Assembly: GCA_002104905.1 (NCBI GenBank)
Contig: MCFE01000189.1
Location: forward strand, 73,096-137,095
Length of the DNA: 64,000 nucleotides
Direction: 5' to 3'
From: Basidiobolus meristosporus CBS 931.73
Taxonomy: Eukaryota; Fungi; Basidiobolomycota
Program-made: the position numbers and the translations under genes
Shown: piece by piece, positions 1 through 13,700 of the stretch
Layout of the letters: each line of letters opens with the position of its first letter
How positions within the stretch are numbered: position 1 is the first letter of the stretch
Notes under the pieces: model-generated
Seen by the model: the letters and a program-made list of their open reading frames with translations, nothing else
What the model was told of the DNA's origin: nothing
Databases searched by the model: none

Positions 1-140
1 CAAGAGTAAAAACAGCAAAGAATGCCTGGAAGGCATTGGAAAAACACCTACCAGTCATGCTCAGCTGCTAAGAAAATGTATCTCAGACAAAACCTCTTTA
101 CTGAAAGATGTTACCAGGAGCAGAAATGAAAAATCCAGTC
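1..140 (+). mobile_element. Degenerate Copia gag fragment
   Basis: Aligns by eye with the gag region at ~26174-26310 (aatgcctggaaggcatt..cacctaccagtcatg..aagaaaatgtatct.agacaaaa). Confidence 0.75.
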
Positions 141-677
141 GACAACCCTTTGATACCTAAATTGGTCCCATGAGTGAGTCTGATCCAGATCACCCATCAA
201 GATCCTATATGTAGGCCACCATAATGCCAGCAGCTTGGATTTATTGACCCTCTTCACAATCTTGTGATGCAATTTTGCGGGCTTTATACTGTTTCTACTG
301 CCCAATTGGTTAATGAGCTTGGCAGTGTTTAATGGTTCTATACTAGGCTTTGGATGGCATTCTAACTGTCTCAATGCTGTCTACATTTATTAGAGTAGAC
401 TCACACAGCCAATAAGTGCAACTGTCATATATGTAAAGAAATTTGAGTGTGTTTTGGTGGCCTTAGTGTGGACATCTGTTGGCATTATTGCAGCAGTACA
501 CATGTCTACAGCTAGTCCTGTATAATACCACTGTACCAATTTACCAAGCAGTATTTACTTCTCCCTCCAATTGCACCATTCATTAATTCCACTGCAAAAT
601 CTCCCTTATTTATTTGCTAACCCACCGCTACCATAAATATTCCACATACATGTTGAATAAAAAACAATGACCTCCTG

Positions 678-1039
678 AATTGTAAAAGCTTGTAATTCCA
701 CCCAAATATTAACCCAACTTATCCACTTGGATCATTACCTATAGATCTTAGAGAATACTGACTAAACTCCTTGTTGGGACTTACTTTGAATATTTTCACC
801 AAAACATCAAATACCTAGACCATCAGAATTCCCTAAGTTCTCTAAGTAGCTTTAAGCTTTGCACACATGTTTTTAGGACCTTCATATGCAAAGAATATAT
901 GCTTGCTTCTGAAAAATCATGTAAAATATCTTAAGTGCTTTTACTGTGAATGACTCATTCAGTGAAAACCACATATTGTACATGTCCTCCCAATCACTTC
1001 ATATATCTCCAAAAGCTCTTAAAGCAGGTGATGAGCCCC
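678..1039 (+). repeat. Degenerate Copia 5' LTR with PBS; element body missing
   Basis: Matches the LTR at 25548-25896; ends ctcttaaagca at 1026, then ggtgatgagcccc (1027-1039), a variant of the family PBS GGTTATGAGCCCC. Confidence 0.75.
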
Positions 1040-1044
1040 AAGCT

Positions 1045-1216
1045 GTCAGCTCTGCAGGGTCTACTAAGTGACTTGGAGATATTTGAGGTGATTAGTAGAA
1101 CAAGTAGATTGCATGGTTCTCACTTGGTGATATATTGAACATGAGATAGTGTTAATACTCATACTTGGTTATGGAATAATAAGCATGTAGAATTAGCTTG
1201 GGAAGGATCAAGAACA
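1045..1216 (-). repeat. Partial Copia LTR interrupted by the LTR at 1217
   Basis: Similar to 22179-22330 (gacttggagatatt..gtgatt..gaacaagtagatt..ggaagg..caagaaca), then abruptly followed by a new LTR start. Confidence 0.55.
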
Positions 1217-4200
1217 TATTCTAAGAGTCTGGGGGATATTGTAAGTGATTGGGAGAGCAAATAGATTATGTTGCTTTTACTTGATGATTTATTGATTGTA
1301 AGAGTATTATTAATACTTTTACATGATTGTGGAATCACAGATGTGTTGAATAGGCTGAGGGAAGTCTCAAGAACATGTGTGCAAAGTTTAGAGCTGTTTG
1401 CACAAGTTTGGGAATTTTCATGTTCTGGGTACCTGATATTTTGGCAAGAATATTCCAAGTAAATCCCAACAAGGATATTAGTCAATATTTCCTAGGAATT
1501 GGAGGTAATGATCTAAGTGACTAAGTAGGTGACTATTTAGGTAGAATTACAAATTTTACAACACCCCCACTCAACTAAATGTTCATACTGACTAGTCCTA
1601 ATTTTGACTTAAGATATTCAAACTTGTCTCTAGCTGATGGTTTGTAAATACATCTGGAAACATATTATCTAAAGGACAGTAAACTAAGCTAACTAAGTTA
1701 GTTTTTATAGCTTCACATATGAAATCAACTATAATATCTATGTGCTTAGTTCTAGCATGAAGAGTTAGATTACCATCTAATTGCATACATTCTTCATTAT
1801 CCTGAAATAAAGTAATAAGTGTTTTTTAACATAAGCCTAAATCTTCAAGAAGTGTCCTTGACCTCTTTGCTTCTTTTGTAGCCTCTCATGCTACTGTATA
1901 CTCTGCCTTTATGGCAGAAAATGCCATGGTTGGTTGCTTTCTTGAATTCCATGAAATTGCTGCTTTACAGTAAAGAAAGGTGTATCCTGTAGTAGCTTCA
2001 CATATGAAATGATATCTAATATCCAGGTGCTTAGTTCTAGCATGAACAGTTATATTTCTATCTAATTGCATACATCCTTCTTTATCCTGAAATAAAGTAA
2101 TAGGTGTTTTTAATGTCTTGAATAAAGTAATAGGCGTCTTTAACATGAGTTTAAATCTTTAAAAAGCATCCTTGACCACATAGCTTCTTTTGTAGCTTCA
2201 CATGTTGAAATACACTCTGCCTCTGTGGTAGAAAATGCTATGAATGATTGCTTTCTTGAATTCCATGAAATTGCTGCTTTACAGAAAAGTAAGGTGCTTG
2301 CTATGATGGATCTGCTGTCTTCCAGGTTTTGTCCCCAATTAGCATCAGAGAATCCCACAAGATCCTGCCTTGAATCCTTCTAAGTGTATCATAAGCAGAT
2401 ATCAGCAGTTCCTTTTAGGTATCTAAAAATCTGCTTAGCTGCTGTAACACAATCATCTCCATAGTTCTGACTATGATGGCTGACAACTCTCACTAGGTAT
2501 GAGATATCTGGACATGTTTCAAGCATGATACACATCAGACTGCAGACCGTAGATTCATAAGGAAAGTCAGAGCTTTCAAATAAAACCAAGCTCCCTTGAA
2601 TTGCCTTAGTTTTGACCAAGATAAGGTTTGTCTCCATTGGGATATCTACCAGCTTAGAGACTTCCAGTTGGTGCTTCTTTGGTATATCTTGAATATATTT
2701 GAGTTGGCTTAGGGGGACAGTCTGGGCACTTTGGTCTATGGAAAACTCTGTCCTAGGTAGCAACTGAGTTATGCTAGATCAGACATTATGAACTCATTAG
2801 ATAGGGTGGATTTGATCTCTTCCAATGTTTCTAGGCTATTGATGGCTTAAATGGGCTCATCCACATATAGATGCTAATAGGACTGAACTTGCTCTATCTG
2901 ACTTATAGTATATACTATAGTCAGCATTACTCCTTTTGAAACTCAAAGATTCCAACTTAGAATCTATTTTGCAATTCTAGGCTCTTGGTGATGGTTTGAG
3001 TCCATATAGAGACTTTTCAGGTTTGCAGACCAAGTGGGGGTTCTCTTGGTCAACAAACAAATCAGGCTGGTCCATATATGCATCCTCATCAAGTTCTTCA
3101 TTCAAAAGTGCAGTTCTTATATCCATTTGATGAATATGAGCTTATATTTGGCTGCAATAGCCAATATTAATCTGTTGGAATTAATCTTGGCTACTGGTGC
3201 AAAGGCCTCAGTATAGTCAAGTTCTTTTGTTTGAGAGTATTCTTGGGCCACAAGTCTTGCTTTGTATCTCTAAATTGTACCATCAGCCTTGTATTTTGTC
3301 TTGAAGTCCCATCAACATCCTTGAATATTGGATGATTGGTTGTTTGACTAATTCTCAGGTTTGATTTTCCATTAGGACCCAAGATTCCTCAGTCATTGCA
3401 GCCCCCCAAAACTCTGTCAGAGGGCTATTTAGGGCGTCTTTTACTGTCTGGAACTTGCCAATATGGACTGAATATGCATAGGCCAAGTTTTTGCGCTCAT
3501 TGATATAGTAACTTGGACTATTTCTTGTCTGATTGGATCTCCAGGCATTTGATAGTGGAATGATCACCTCTGAGCTGTTCCTGGCCACAGATCAGGCTGT
3601 ACAACAGTTGTAGAGTCCTCGGGAGTGCAAAAATATCATTGCTTTGCTCTGATTCAATCCTGACAATGGCAGGATTTAAGATCAGATTTTTGTCATCATT
3701 GAATGTTATTTTTGCAAACATTTTGAATATAACTCAATTAACAAATCCTTGGACTTGATTAACTTCTTTGCTTTGGTATTGTAGAATTAGTATGCTTTAC
3801 TCTTATTGCAGTAGCCAAAAATATGCAATTTGCACTTTTTGGCGCAAACTCTGGCTGATTTCTGCACAGTTTCTTGGCATATGCTGTATACCCAAATATT
3901 CTTAGATGGTCTGTACTTGGTCTGTGTCCATACCATGCTTTAAATGGAGTAAAATCACAAAGTATTCTGGTTGTAGAAAGCAACCAAAAATCAAAGGATA
4001 ATCTTTGATTATAGATCACAGAGATTGCCATACCAGTTATTGATCTGTTTGCATATTCTGCTACTCCATTTTGCTGTGGGGAGTATGGTATAGTAGTCTC
4101 TTGCACTATCCCATGAGTTTTACTGAAGTGGATTTAGAATAGAGGTACTTTTTCTATCATTGTCAGAGTGTATTTTCTTGATTTTTACACCAGTGCCTCC

Positions 4201-4290
4201 CTCTGCCATTGGTTTGAACTCCTTTAGCTTAGACAGAGCTTCTTCATTTCTCCCTGTGAAGTATACCCATGTATATCTTGCATAATCATA
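1217..4290 (-). mobile_element. Degenerate, 5'-truncated Copia (3' LTR 1217-1563, RNase H, RT, integrase remnants)
   Basis: LTR ending ttttacaaca next to a PPT-like cccccactca; fragmented ORFs with SWNSRKQ, RTKHIDI, YLKGT, PQQNGVAE motifs; many stops and frameshifts. Confidence 0.85.
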
Positions 4291-5699
4291 AATAGTCATT
4301 GAGATAATAGCATAGAGTATAGCTGTTTCCCCAGTAACTTACAAGATCTAAAAATCTTGTATACATTTGTTTAGATATAAATAGAAAGTTTACAACATTT
4401 CTACTCAAGTGAAACTTATATTTACTAGCTCTAACTGGAATTTAGGAGACTCAACTTTGTCTCTGGCTTTTGGTTGAGATAATATGCTGCATTCATATCA
4501 TTTATAGGACTGTAGCATATGGCAAGCAGCTGAGATGATACAACTAAAAGACAGTCACAAATCTCAATCCCAAGACTGAATGGTGTTGTTGTTATTGTGG
4601 TTGGGGTGGGTTGGTGGTTATAAAACTTTGAAAATAGAGCTTACTAAGGTGTGCTAATTAATTAACTTACCTCTACTTCAATATGGATGCATTGGCTTTC
4701 ACCAACAAGAGTCTTCAGCTCTCATGCAGAATAGACTTGTTCTGTTGGATACTGTTACATAGAACCAGCTTGTGTATAGTGCTTGGTCAATCTGGCACTC
4801 TATGGCACTCTCTGACACTCAAATTTCAACCATAATGCTAGTGGTAGGATCCAGTTGCTATTAATTTTACTCCATCTTACTGATGTTGCCCAGAACAGTT
4901 TTTTTTTGCATTATTTACCCTTCATGATGTTCTAGACAGATTTCTCTCAATGGATGTTGTCCAGTAAGAGTATACTCTGCATTAATATATATCATGACTA
5001 TTTTACCTATTCTGCTCTTTGCTAGAATATATGACTCTCCTCTGTGTTTACCTGCCAATATGCTGAATCTCTTGAGATATCCAAATGAATGCTCTGCCCT
5101 GACTTTGAAGTTATTAAATATGTCATTTTGGAGCTTCTGCTTCCTGCCAAGCTCACCATTTGTTGGCTTACTATAAGCTGCAATACATCCTAATCTCAGA
5201 CAATCCTCCCCTATATAGCTAATTCTGCTGTATATTTCACCCCTCTGAAGAATTTGGGATGATTATATACCCAGAGTGCTTTGTCATGTCTATACTGAAA
5301 TATGAAATCTGCAATTGATGCAATCTGATTTATGCCAATGCAATCCAAGATGCATGATGCATGATATATGGAATATTCAGGAAATACATTAGTTTTCATA
5401 TGTATTTCATATATGACCAGGTTGATGTCAACAAACTACTATATAAGTATCAAATTCATCAATATGGTCTCTAAACCAAGTCTCAACTCAACTTTAGTAC
5501 AACACAGACAAACCCTTCCCCCACCTCACAAGTGCAGACTGGACCAGAAAAGTCAATGTTGGATCTGTTTGAGTTCTTGCCAAATGATTCTAGTATTGTC
5601 CCTGTATTATATGATGCAACTTCTTACTAATATTTGCAAAAGTATCAGACAGAGAGTAATCAAATACCTTGAGTAATCAGTGGGTAAGCTTCAAGAGGA

Positions 5700-6940
5700 A
5701 GAATACAGACCAAAGCAACTGCTTCTAGATTGCAGCAGTTGCCTTGCTGGACTCCTTGCCATTCCCTGCAATGCCAGTGTGCTGGCACATGTCAGTCCAA
5801 TTTATGCCCATTCCCTCCACAAGAGCACCCCACATTGAGGTAAGGCTAGTTAGATCAATGTGTGTGCTTCAGTGCAAGACTACCAGAAATTGCCAATCTG
5901 CTGATTGAGACATGAGTCCATTGGGGCAGGCCAAGGTTTGTTGTCATGTAATATAGCATTGAACTCAGCCAAGGGCCATACCAACACATCAAGTTACACC
6001 TGCATGGATGTTACACCTGACCATCTGCAAGTGTCTGGTGAACTGCCTAATAATGTCCCACATGAGGTGCCTCCAGCGCCAGAGTCTTTGGCAGTTACAA
6101 GAACATATTAGCACATGGCACTTCAGGCTGGTTCCATTACAGCATCTGGAGCAATTCAGCACGCCAAGCTCCATCATTGCACTCATTAGCTAAAGGGCAA
6201 GATACTGACTACAAGAACACAAGTAGCCAAGATGATAGTCAGCAATGAAGTAGTTTAGGTGTGCAAAGAAAATCACTACCAAGTGCTTCAGTAGTACTCC
6301 CTGCAAGAAAAAAACAAAGAGGAAGATGATAGAGTTGCATTGAATTGTAACCATGGGTCATGGTCCAAGCAATGCATTTTTCTTTGCAATCCAAAACAAG
6401 CCATTGCAAATCAGTGTTCACTTAGTTTTTGATAAAAGTAAAATCAAAGTCATCTCAAACTTGAGACAGAATGCTTGTAAATAAACAACCTGCATATATA
6501 TACATCACCAGTGTATGAGTTGTGGATCTCATACAATTGACAGCAATACCATCCATTGTGCCTGCTTAAGTTGGCTATCTTGCTGATTGCTTGAGTATCT
6601 TAAGTGCAGATAATATTATGTACTCAGATGTGACAGTGTGAGAATTGGTGGCCAGCAAAAATTGCTGTTATGGTATTTACTGAATGAGAACTTACAAAGT
6701 GCCAAGGCAATGGCAGGGTCATAGATACCTTCAGCCTAGCACTTGCCTCTGAGTTGTTTGCAATGTTTGCCATTAAAAATATTGAAACTCTTTGCACTTG
6801 GTTGATAAAGAGTGCAACACTTTATCCCTGTGAAAAATAAATTTGTCTTGCAGGTGGATCCATCCAGAACAGCCATTAAAATCCTGTCAAGAGACCGCCA
6901 TAATACCAGCAGCTTGGAAGTAATGACCATCAACACAATC
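5700..6940 (-). mobile_element. Decayed CACTA/EnSpm-like transposase relic
   Basis: ORF 6736..6936 (FNIFNGKHCKQLRGK) is paralogous to SIFDGKCNKQLRSKG in 8411..8752; broken reading frames; boundaries approximate. Confidence 0.45.
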
Positions 6941-6949
6941 TTATGATGG

Positions 6950-9000
6950 CATCACAATGGTATTTTGCTAATTTACGGCCAAATAAAGTTGAAAATATTA
7001 CAATATTTGTATGATGTTTTGCCAAGGGTGGCATGGCATTATTACAGTCTTAGTGCACTCTACAACAAGCTGAGTGGATCTAACCAGCCAGTACATCCAA
7101 TTGCCTTGTGTGGCAAAAAGCTTGACAGTGTTTTTACAGCCTCTTTGCAAGCCTCTGATGGCATTATCACAGAAGCAAGGCAGCCTACAGCCAGTTCTGT
7201 ATAGTGTATCATACCAATTTACCAAATGCTGGTATCATATACATCTTGCAAGCATATGCTTGGTTGCAACCACTTCTGCCATGAAAACCTCCTTAATATT
7301 GGCAAAGAACTTATTTGTACTTAGCCAACATATTCCTTCTCCATCCTGGATTCTAGTAACGCAATAGACGTGCTTTGATTCTTAATGTATTTATTCTGTA
7401 TTGAGTGGTGTAGAAATTGGCTTGTGACAAAGACAAATCCGCCATACCTTGTAGAGTTTTCCTAATAGAAATTAGTTTCTTGTTGCACCCAGCCCAACTT
7501 TTCATTACTTGACTTATTACCCACACATTGGGGCTACTTGGCTTCAATGCCAAAGGTAAAGGTGCTACTAAGAGTGCATCTGTCCTCAGCATTTTCCAAC
7601 TCTTCCTGGCTGACAACTATGTGCCAACTCATCAGATCCATTAAGGACCTGAAGGTAGTATTCTTGATGAGATGGGGACATGGTAGTATATGCAACTTGA
7701 CATGTCTTCCTATCTCTCCACACATCCACTCCGTAGGAAACTCCAAAAAGGTGAAGCAAGATCCAATATTCTTGACACACTAAGCAAGATGGAGTATGAA
7801 ATCAATACAGTAGCAGCAGAGATCTATGTTTTCCGCTGTATTATTGTAGTATAGCTGCCCAAATCCTATCATAAAATCTTTGCACAAAAGCTGTAGATGC
7901 ATCAAGTTGGCATTGGTGATCCACTTCTGGATTAATATTACTACAATGCTGACATATGACTCCCAATGCTTCCAATGTACTCATGGTAAGATTGGCTTTA
8001 GAATGCCACCTAAATAAATACATATCCAGTTTATCCAGTCTTTGCATTTCTATTGTTGCATACGCATAAGAATATTGATTGGAGCCCATGCAAAGTACTT
8101 AGGGTAGTGGATACTCTGTAATATCTTGCCAATTCTTTCATATTTCTCTGGTATCTCAAAGGGTGCATTTAGCTTGAAATACCCCCAGTACAACTTGGTC
8201 ATCAGTATAGGGTTACTGAAAAGCAAATACATTGCTCCAAGTGGAAAGCTTTTGCTCCAACAGATACCCTCTATCTTGAGTATCTCCAGCTTCCAGTTAA
8301 TTCCACATTCTAGCCAATGGCTTATAGCTTGCCAACTCTGCAGCTACCATCAGATTCCTGCTCTGAAAATGTAAGATAGGTGGCAGATTCAGGTTGATGA
8401 GAATCAGAGGCTAGCAGGATTTGCTAGTAGAGTACTTCTTTAATGTGAATCCATCAAGTGCCAAGGCAAAGTCATGTTCATACATACCTTCAAAGTAGCC
8501 CTTGCTTCTTAGCTGTTTGTTACATTTGCCATCAAATATACTGGATATGTTTACTCTTGATTGATACTGAGTGTGATACTTTGCAGCTGTACAATAGTTG
8601 TGCACAAAATGAGCTTCTTTATATGGGGTATTACTGTAATACATCTGGAGTGTGAACAATACTTTCCCCCTATGGTAATGGATTCCTGACAGGTAGGACA
8701 CCTTGCAGTTGTGGCATTTTCTGATGTGAATGCCATGCAACTGTTGACACATGCTGGTATCAGGACAGTCTCTGGGTCATATGTGGCCAGGCACATGATG
8801 GTTGTCCATTTATACCATGTAAATGGTAAGTTGAATCCCAGGATGACTTTGGCAAGAAGTAGTATAAAGTCTTCAAAGTCCTGTTGCTGACATTAATGGA
8901 AACGCACCATTTCTCTTGCCACAACATCACATTGCTCACTAGTAGATGGATTACTGGCCTCACCTGACCCAACCAAGTATCATTGGCATTTCTTTTCATG
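6950..9000 (-). mobile_element. Decayed CACTA/EnSpm-like (Transposase_21/tnp2-type) transposase
   Basis: Motifs in the expected order: IPACVNSCMAFT..RCPTCQE (8551..8796), SIFDGK..LRSKGYF..DFALALDGF (8411..8752), and the C-terminal G-P-x(3)-W-x-F-P-x-E-x(2)-C-G-like segment (7534..7746). The nucleotide sequence recurs at 10.0-10.3, 15.3-16.0 and 18.7-19.75 kb. Confidence 0.65.
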
Positions 9001-10335
9001 GGTGTTGTTTCATTGCTTTATGGGATTTGGCCAGGCTCATGCAAGGTACTGTTGTTAGGGAAGATAGACTCATAATCCATAAGTGAGCCTGCATATTCAG
9101 TGCTATCATCTACGTGCCATATTCAGAAGGCTGGGGTGAGCCTAAAGGTGGCACAAACTCACCTGACTCAGTTTGCACAAGGTGACAAGTACAGCTAGGC
9201 ACTGTCATAGTAGTATCAAGCAGCTGGCAAGATATTGGTGGTATAGTAGTGACTAGTGAGTGGTCAAATCTGACTTGTGTGGCAAAACACTGGCCATGAT
9301 CCCTATAATACCTTCTGTGCTGTTGGCATGCTTCTTGGCCAAGAAGCTTGCTACAGTAGCCAAATGGTTTTCTCTCTTCTCCTACAGCATCAATTCAATG
9401 TAATCTGCCCATGGGTCATACAGTTTGACACTCAACAATGTAATGTTATTATATCACTTTTTGTCAATACTCATGTGAGTTTAAGACAGTTTTGTATTTG
9501 AGACTTTACACCTACATGAATGTAAGATTCAATTATTACCTGTCAAAGTAAGCATTGTAATAAAAGTTGGGGCTGTGGCAACTTAAGAAGTGATTTGGAT
9601 ATAAAGAACTTATCAAGAAATTGTGATAATATTAGTACTGTTGTTTATTAATAAAGAAGCTCAGTATTTATACCTTTGTAGAAGTAATACAGCTGTAACA
9701 CTAAGTAAGGAGGGGTTCTCAATATTCAGGAGCATTCTGTAATAGTGTCAGGGTTTGTACACAATGTTTAATAATAGTGCTAATTTGATCCTAACTATAA
9801 GGGAATAATCATAAGAGCATAGATCTGAAGAAAGTGGCAAAGTTAGAGCTGTAAATTAGTCCCACAGTGACCAAGACTATTCCAGAGTTGTTTAGTAAAC
9901 TTTTAGCTGCTGAATGATAGAAATTATAGTGCCAGATTGATCTGACACTACAAACAGGCTGACACTATGTGGCACTATCCAATGGAACTAGTCTACTTGC
10001 TCATCAGTAATATGCCTATCCTAATGATTATGCTGCACCTGGGCATTTCAACCTAATTGAGCCCTTTGAGATAAATAAGCATTTCATAGGAGTTGGCAAG
10101 ATATTACAGAGTATCTGCTGTACAAAGTACCTTTTACAAGGCCCAATTAGTATTCTTATCAATATGCAGTAATGCAAATGAGAGGACTGGATGAACTGGA
10201 TATGAATTTGTTGAAGTATCCTTCTGAAGCCATTTCTATCATAGGTATATTGCAAGCACCAGGAGTCACATGTTGACATTGTTCAAGTAATTATTAAGAA
10301 GCAGATCACCAGTGCCAATTTGGTGCATCTGCTGC

Positions 10336-10711
10336 TGTTATGATCTGCCGCTTGAATGTTTAAGTTAGATCAGTATTTAGTCAAATCAATTAGTATATGT
10401 TTAGGTTACAAGTATATCAGTATTATCTATGAAATCAGTAGCATTAGTCAGCAAATGAATCAGCAGATCCTTATCAGACAGAAATAGATATATTAAGTAG
10501 GATCTTATTGGGTGATGATGATGCAATCAAATGAGCCATCAGCCACAACCTACATTAGGAAATACAATTAGTCAGCAATTGATCTTGCAAATTGTATATA
10601 AGGAACTGCTGGAACCTCAATAAAAATCAGTTCAAGTTTAGTGAATACAATACTAGCTAAACTCCCTATTCCTCTACAACTCTTATACCAAGACTTGTAA
10701 CATTTGTAACA
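10336..10711 (+). repeat. Gypsy 5' LTR (376 bp)
   Basis: tgttatgatc...tgtaaca; direct repeat of 14914-15290. Confidence 0.95.
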
Positions 10712-10712
10712 T

Positions 10713-10721
10713 TGGTAGCAG
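10713..10721 (+). promoter_or_regulatory. Gypsy primer-binding site (initiator tRNA-Met 3' end type)
   Basis: TGGTAGCAG 1 nt after the LTR end; complementary to a CTGCTACCA tRNA 3' end. Confidence 0.75.
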
Positions 10722-10769
10722 CAATAACCAGAAACCTCCCTCCTGAAGAAAGAAGAAACCACCCTCAAG

Positions 10770-13700
10770 ATGTTGGACAATCAACAATGGAAGAATGCCA
10801 TGCAGCAAATCCTGGCCCAACAGCAACAGTTACTCCAGATCCTCAGCCAACAGCAACTAGGAATGACTACCATGGCTCAGAGCCAGCAAAGCCCTGTCAA
10901 GAGCAACTTTAATGTGAAGGTCAACCGGTACCATGGCAGAGTCAATGAAAACCTGGGAACTTGGCTCTTTCAGATTGAAGAAGCTTTTAAAGCTAAAGGA
11001 ATTGCTCCACAGAGCAAGTTGCATTATGCAGCTTTTTACCTGGCAGATGCAGCTTTACAGTGGTACCACAACAAGATCAGGTCAGCTACTATGATGGGAT
11101 GCTCTACAATCCCTACCTGGGATGAGTGTGTGTCGGAAATTCAGGATACTTTTGAACCTCCACACCAGCAGACACTACTAAGAAGGAAGTTAAAGACACT
11201 CAGACAGAAAGGAATGGTGCAAGAATACATCTATGAGTACAGATGTCTACTTGGACAAATTGAAAGAATGGACCCCTTGGATCAAGTTGAATACTTTATT
11301 GATGGGTTGAAAGAAAGAACTTGCAAGGAAGTCAATTACCAAAGACCTCAGACTATTGAAGAAGCCATCAAGATTGCCATTGACTATGACTCAGCTATGT
11401 TTGGAGTTGGGAAGCCTACAGTGACTAATCAGAAAGGCTATAATCATTTTGAAAGAAGACAATCAGAAGCAGTACCAATGGAAATAGACGCTTTGCAGAA
11501 GAATCCCTCCTCAGAAGAATGCAAGAAGAGAGGACTTTGCTTCAATTGCCACCAGCAGGGACATATTGCAAAGTACTGCCCTCGGAGAAGAAATGGACAC
11601 CAGCCAACAAGAACCTTCAACCATATTGAGTCCCATGAACACAGTAATGTGGAAGAAGAGCTTGAAGAAGACTTGGAACTCACCTTCCATATGACAGGAG
11701 AGTACTTGTCCCAAATGACTTCAAACTTAGGGAAGTTATTATACTTGAATGGAGTAATCAATGGAGTACCTGCCAAGATCATGATTGACTCAGGAGTATT
11801 GCATGAGAAAATGTCAGAGCAATTTGCTTTGAAAGCTGGAATCAACTCGGAACCTACCAAATCAACTTCAGTCTCCACAGCTGATGGGAACTCCCACATA
11901 ATCAACCGTATTACCCAGCCAGTAAGAATGAAGATCAATGACTATGAAGAAGACCTACAGGCTTATATATTTGGGAACTGCAAGTTTGACCTTGTACTGG
12001 GGAAAACCTGGCTATTTTGTTGTAATCCATCAATCAACTGGAGAACCCATGCTACTCAGATCCAAAAAGACAACAAGACCTATGAGCTATTACCTGCCAG
12101 GCTGGATTTCAACTTGGTCAATTCCAGTGTGTGTGAGACAAGTGAACTTAGCAAGACCCAGTTCTGTAGAGCACTTAGAAAAGGTACCCAGATGTTCCTC
12201 ATGGCGGTATTACAGGAGGATTCCTCTACCCCAGCACCCCAGCAGGTCCAGACTCTCTTGAAGAAATATTCAGACGTGTTTCCAGATGAGCTTGTAAGCC
12301 TACCACCAGTCAGAGACGTGGATCATGCCATTGACACAGGAGATAGCCCTCCAGTGAGTAAGACACCTTACAGAATGAGTCCATTGGAATTGGAGGAAAT
12401 GAAGAGACAAATTGATCAGCTATTGGAGCAAAGGTACATCAGGCCTAGCAAGTCACCCTGGGGAGCACCAGTGCTTTTTGTGAAAAAGAAGGATGGAACA
12501 CTTAGGATGTGCATTGACTACAGAGCCCTGAACTCAGTTACCGTCAAGAATAAGTACCCCATACCTTGGATTGATGAGCTTTTGGACCAACTTAATGGAG
12601 CCACTATTTTCAGCAAGATTGACCTCATGTCAGGATACAAACAAATTAGGGTGAAACCAGAGGATATTCCTAAGACAGCATTTAGGACCAGATATGGACA
12701 TTACAAGTACTTAGTCATGAGTTTTGGCCTCACTAATGCCCCTGCAACATTCATGATGCTGATGCAGACTGTCTTTCAGGAGTACTTAGACAAGTTTGTG
12801 ATAATCTACCTGGATGACATATTGATATACAGCAAGACAGAAGAGGATCACGTAGTGCACATTGAAAAGGTCTTGAAGAAACTAAGAGAGAACAAGCTAT
12901 ATGGCAAGCTAGCCCAGTGTGAATTCTTCAAGGAACATGTTGAATACCTGGGACACATAGTGACTAGCACAGGAGTGACCTTGGACCCTAAGAAGGTGGA
13001 AGTAATCAAGAATTTGAAGCAGCCCCATAGCATATCAGAACTCAGATCCTTCCTTGGAATGGTTTCCTATTATTGGAGATTTGTCAAGTCATTTGCAAGT
13101 ATTGCAGCCCCTTTAGCTGATATCCTCAAGAAAGACAATACCTACAAGTGGGACATAGCTTGTGAGTCTGCCTTCCAGACGCTCAAGAATGAACTTGCTA
13201 AGCTGCCAAGCCTAAGAATACCAGACTTCAGAAAAGAGTTCACTCTGTGCACAGATGCTTCAGATTATGCAATTGGTGAAGTGCTGAGCCAAGAACACAA
13301 GGGAAAGGACTACCCTGTTGCCTTTGAATCCAAGAAACTGAACTCAGCAGAACAAAACTATACAGTCCATGAGAAGGAGATGCTTGCTATAATACACTGT
13401 TTGAAGACATGGAGATGCTATATTGAAGGAGTCAAATGCACTGTGAAGACTGATCATGCCTCCCTCAAGTATTTATTTACTCAGAAGGTACTCACTAGAA
13501 GAATGACAAGATGGAGTGAATACATTCAGCAATTTGACCTGGAGATTGTCTACTGCCCTGGAAAAAACAACACGGTTGCTGATGCCTTATCAAGATTAGA
13601 TCAAGTTGCACAACTCAACTTGGTGCATGAATCAGATTGGCCTAGCCTATTACCAAAGTACTTGGAGGACCAAGCCATTCCTAATGAGGTGGATGAAGAC

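Noticed and set aside
400-560. Possible SWIM zinc-finger (MULE) fragment on the minus strand (WYYTGL..CRHV)
   Set aside because: Needs a frameshift and rests on a few residues.
9556-9699. Possible solo LTR of another family (tgtaat...gtaaca, TATA-like and AATAAA-like motifs on minus)
   Set aside because: No TSD, no second copy in the window, and weak termini.
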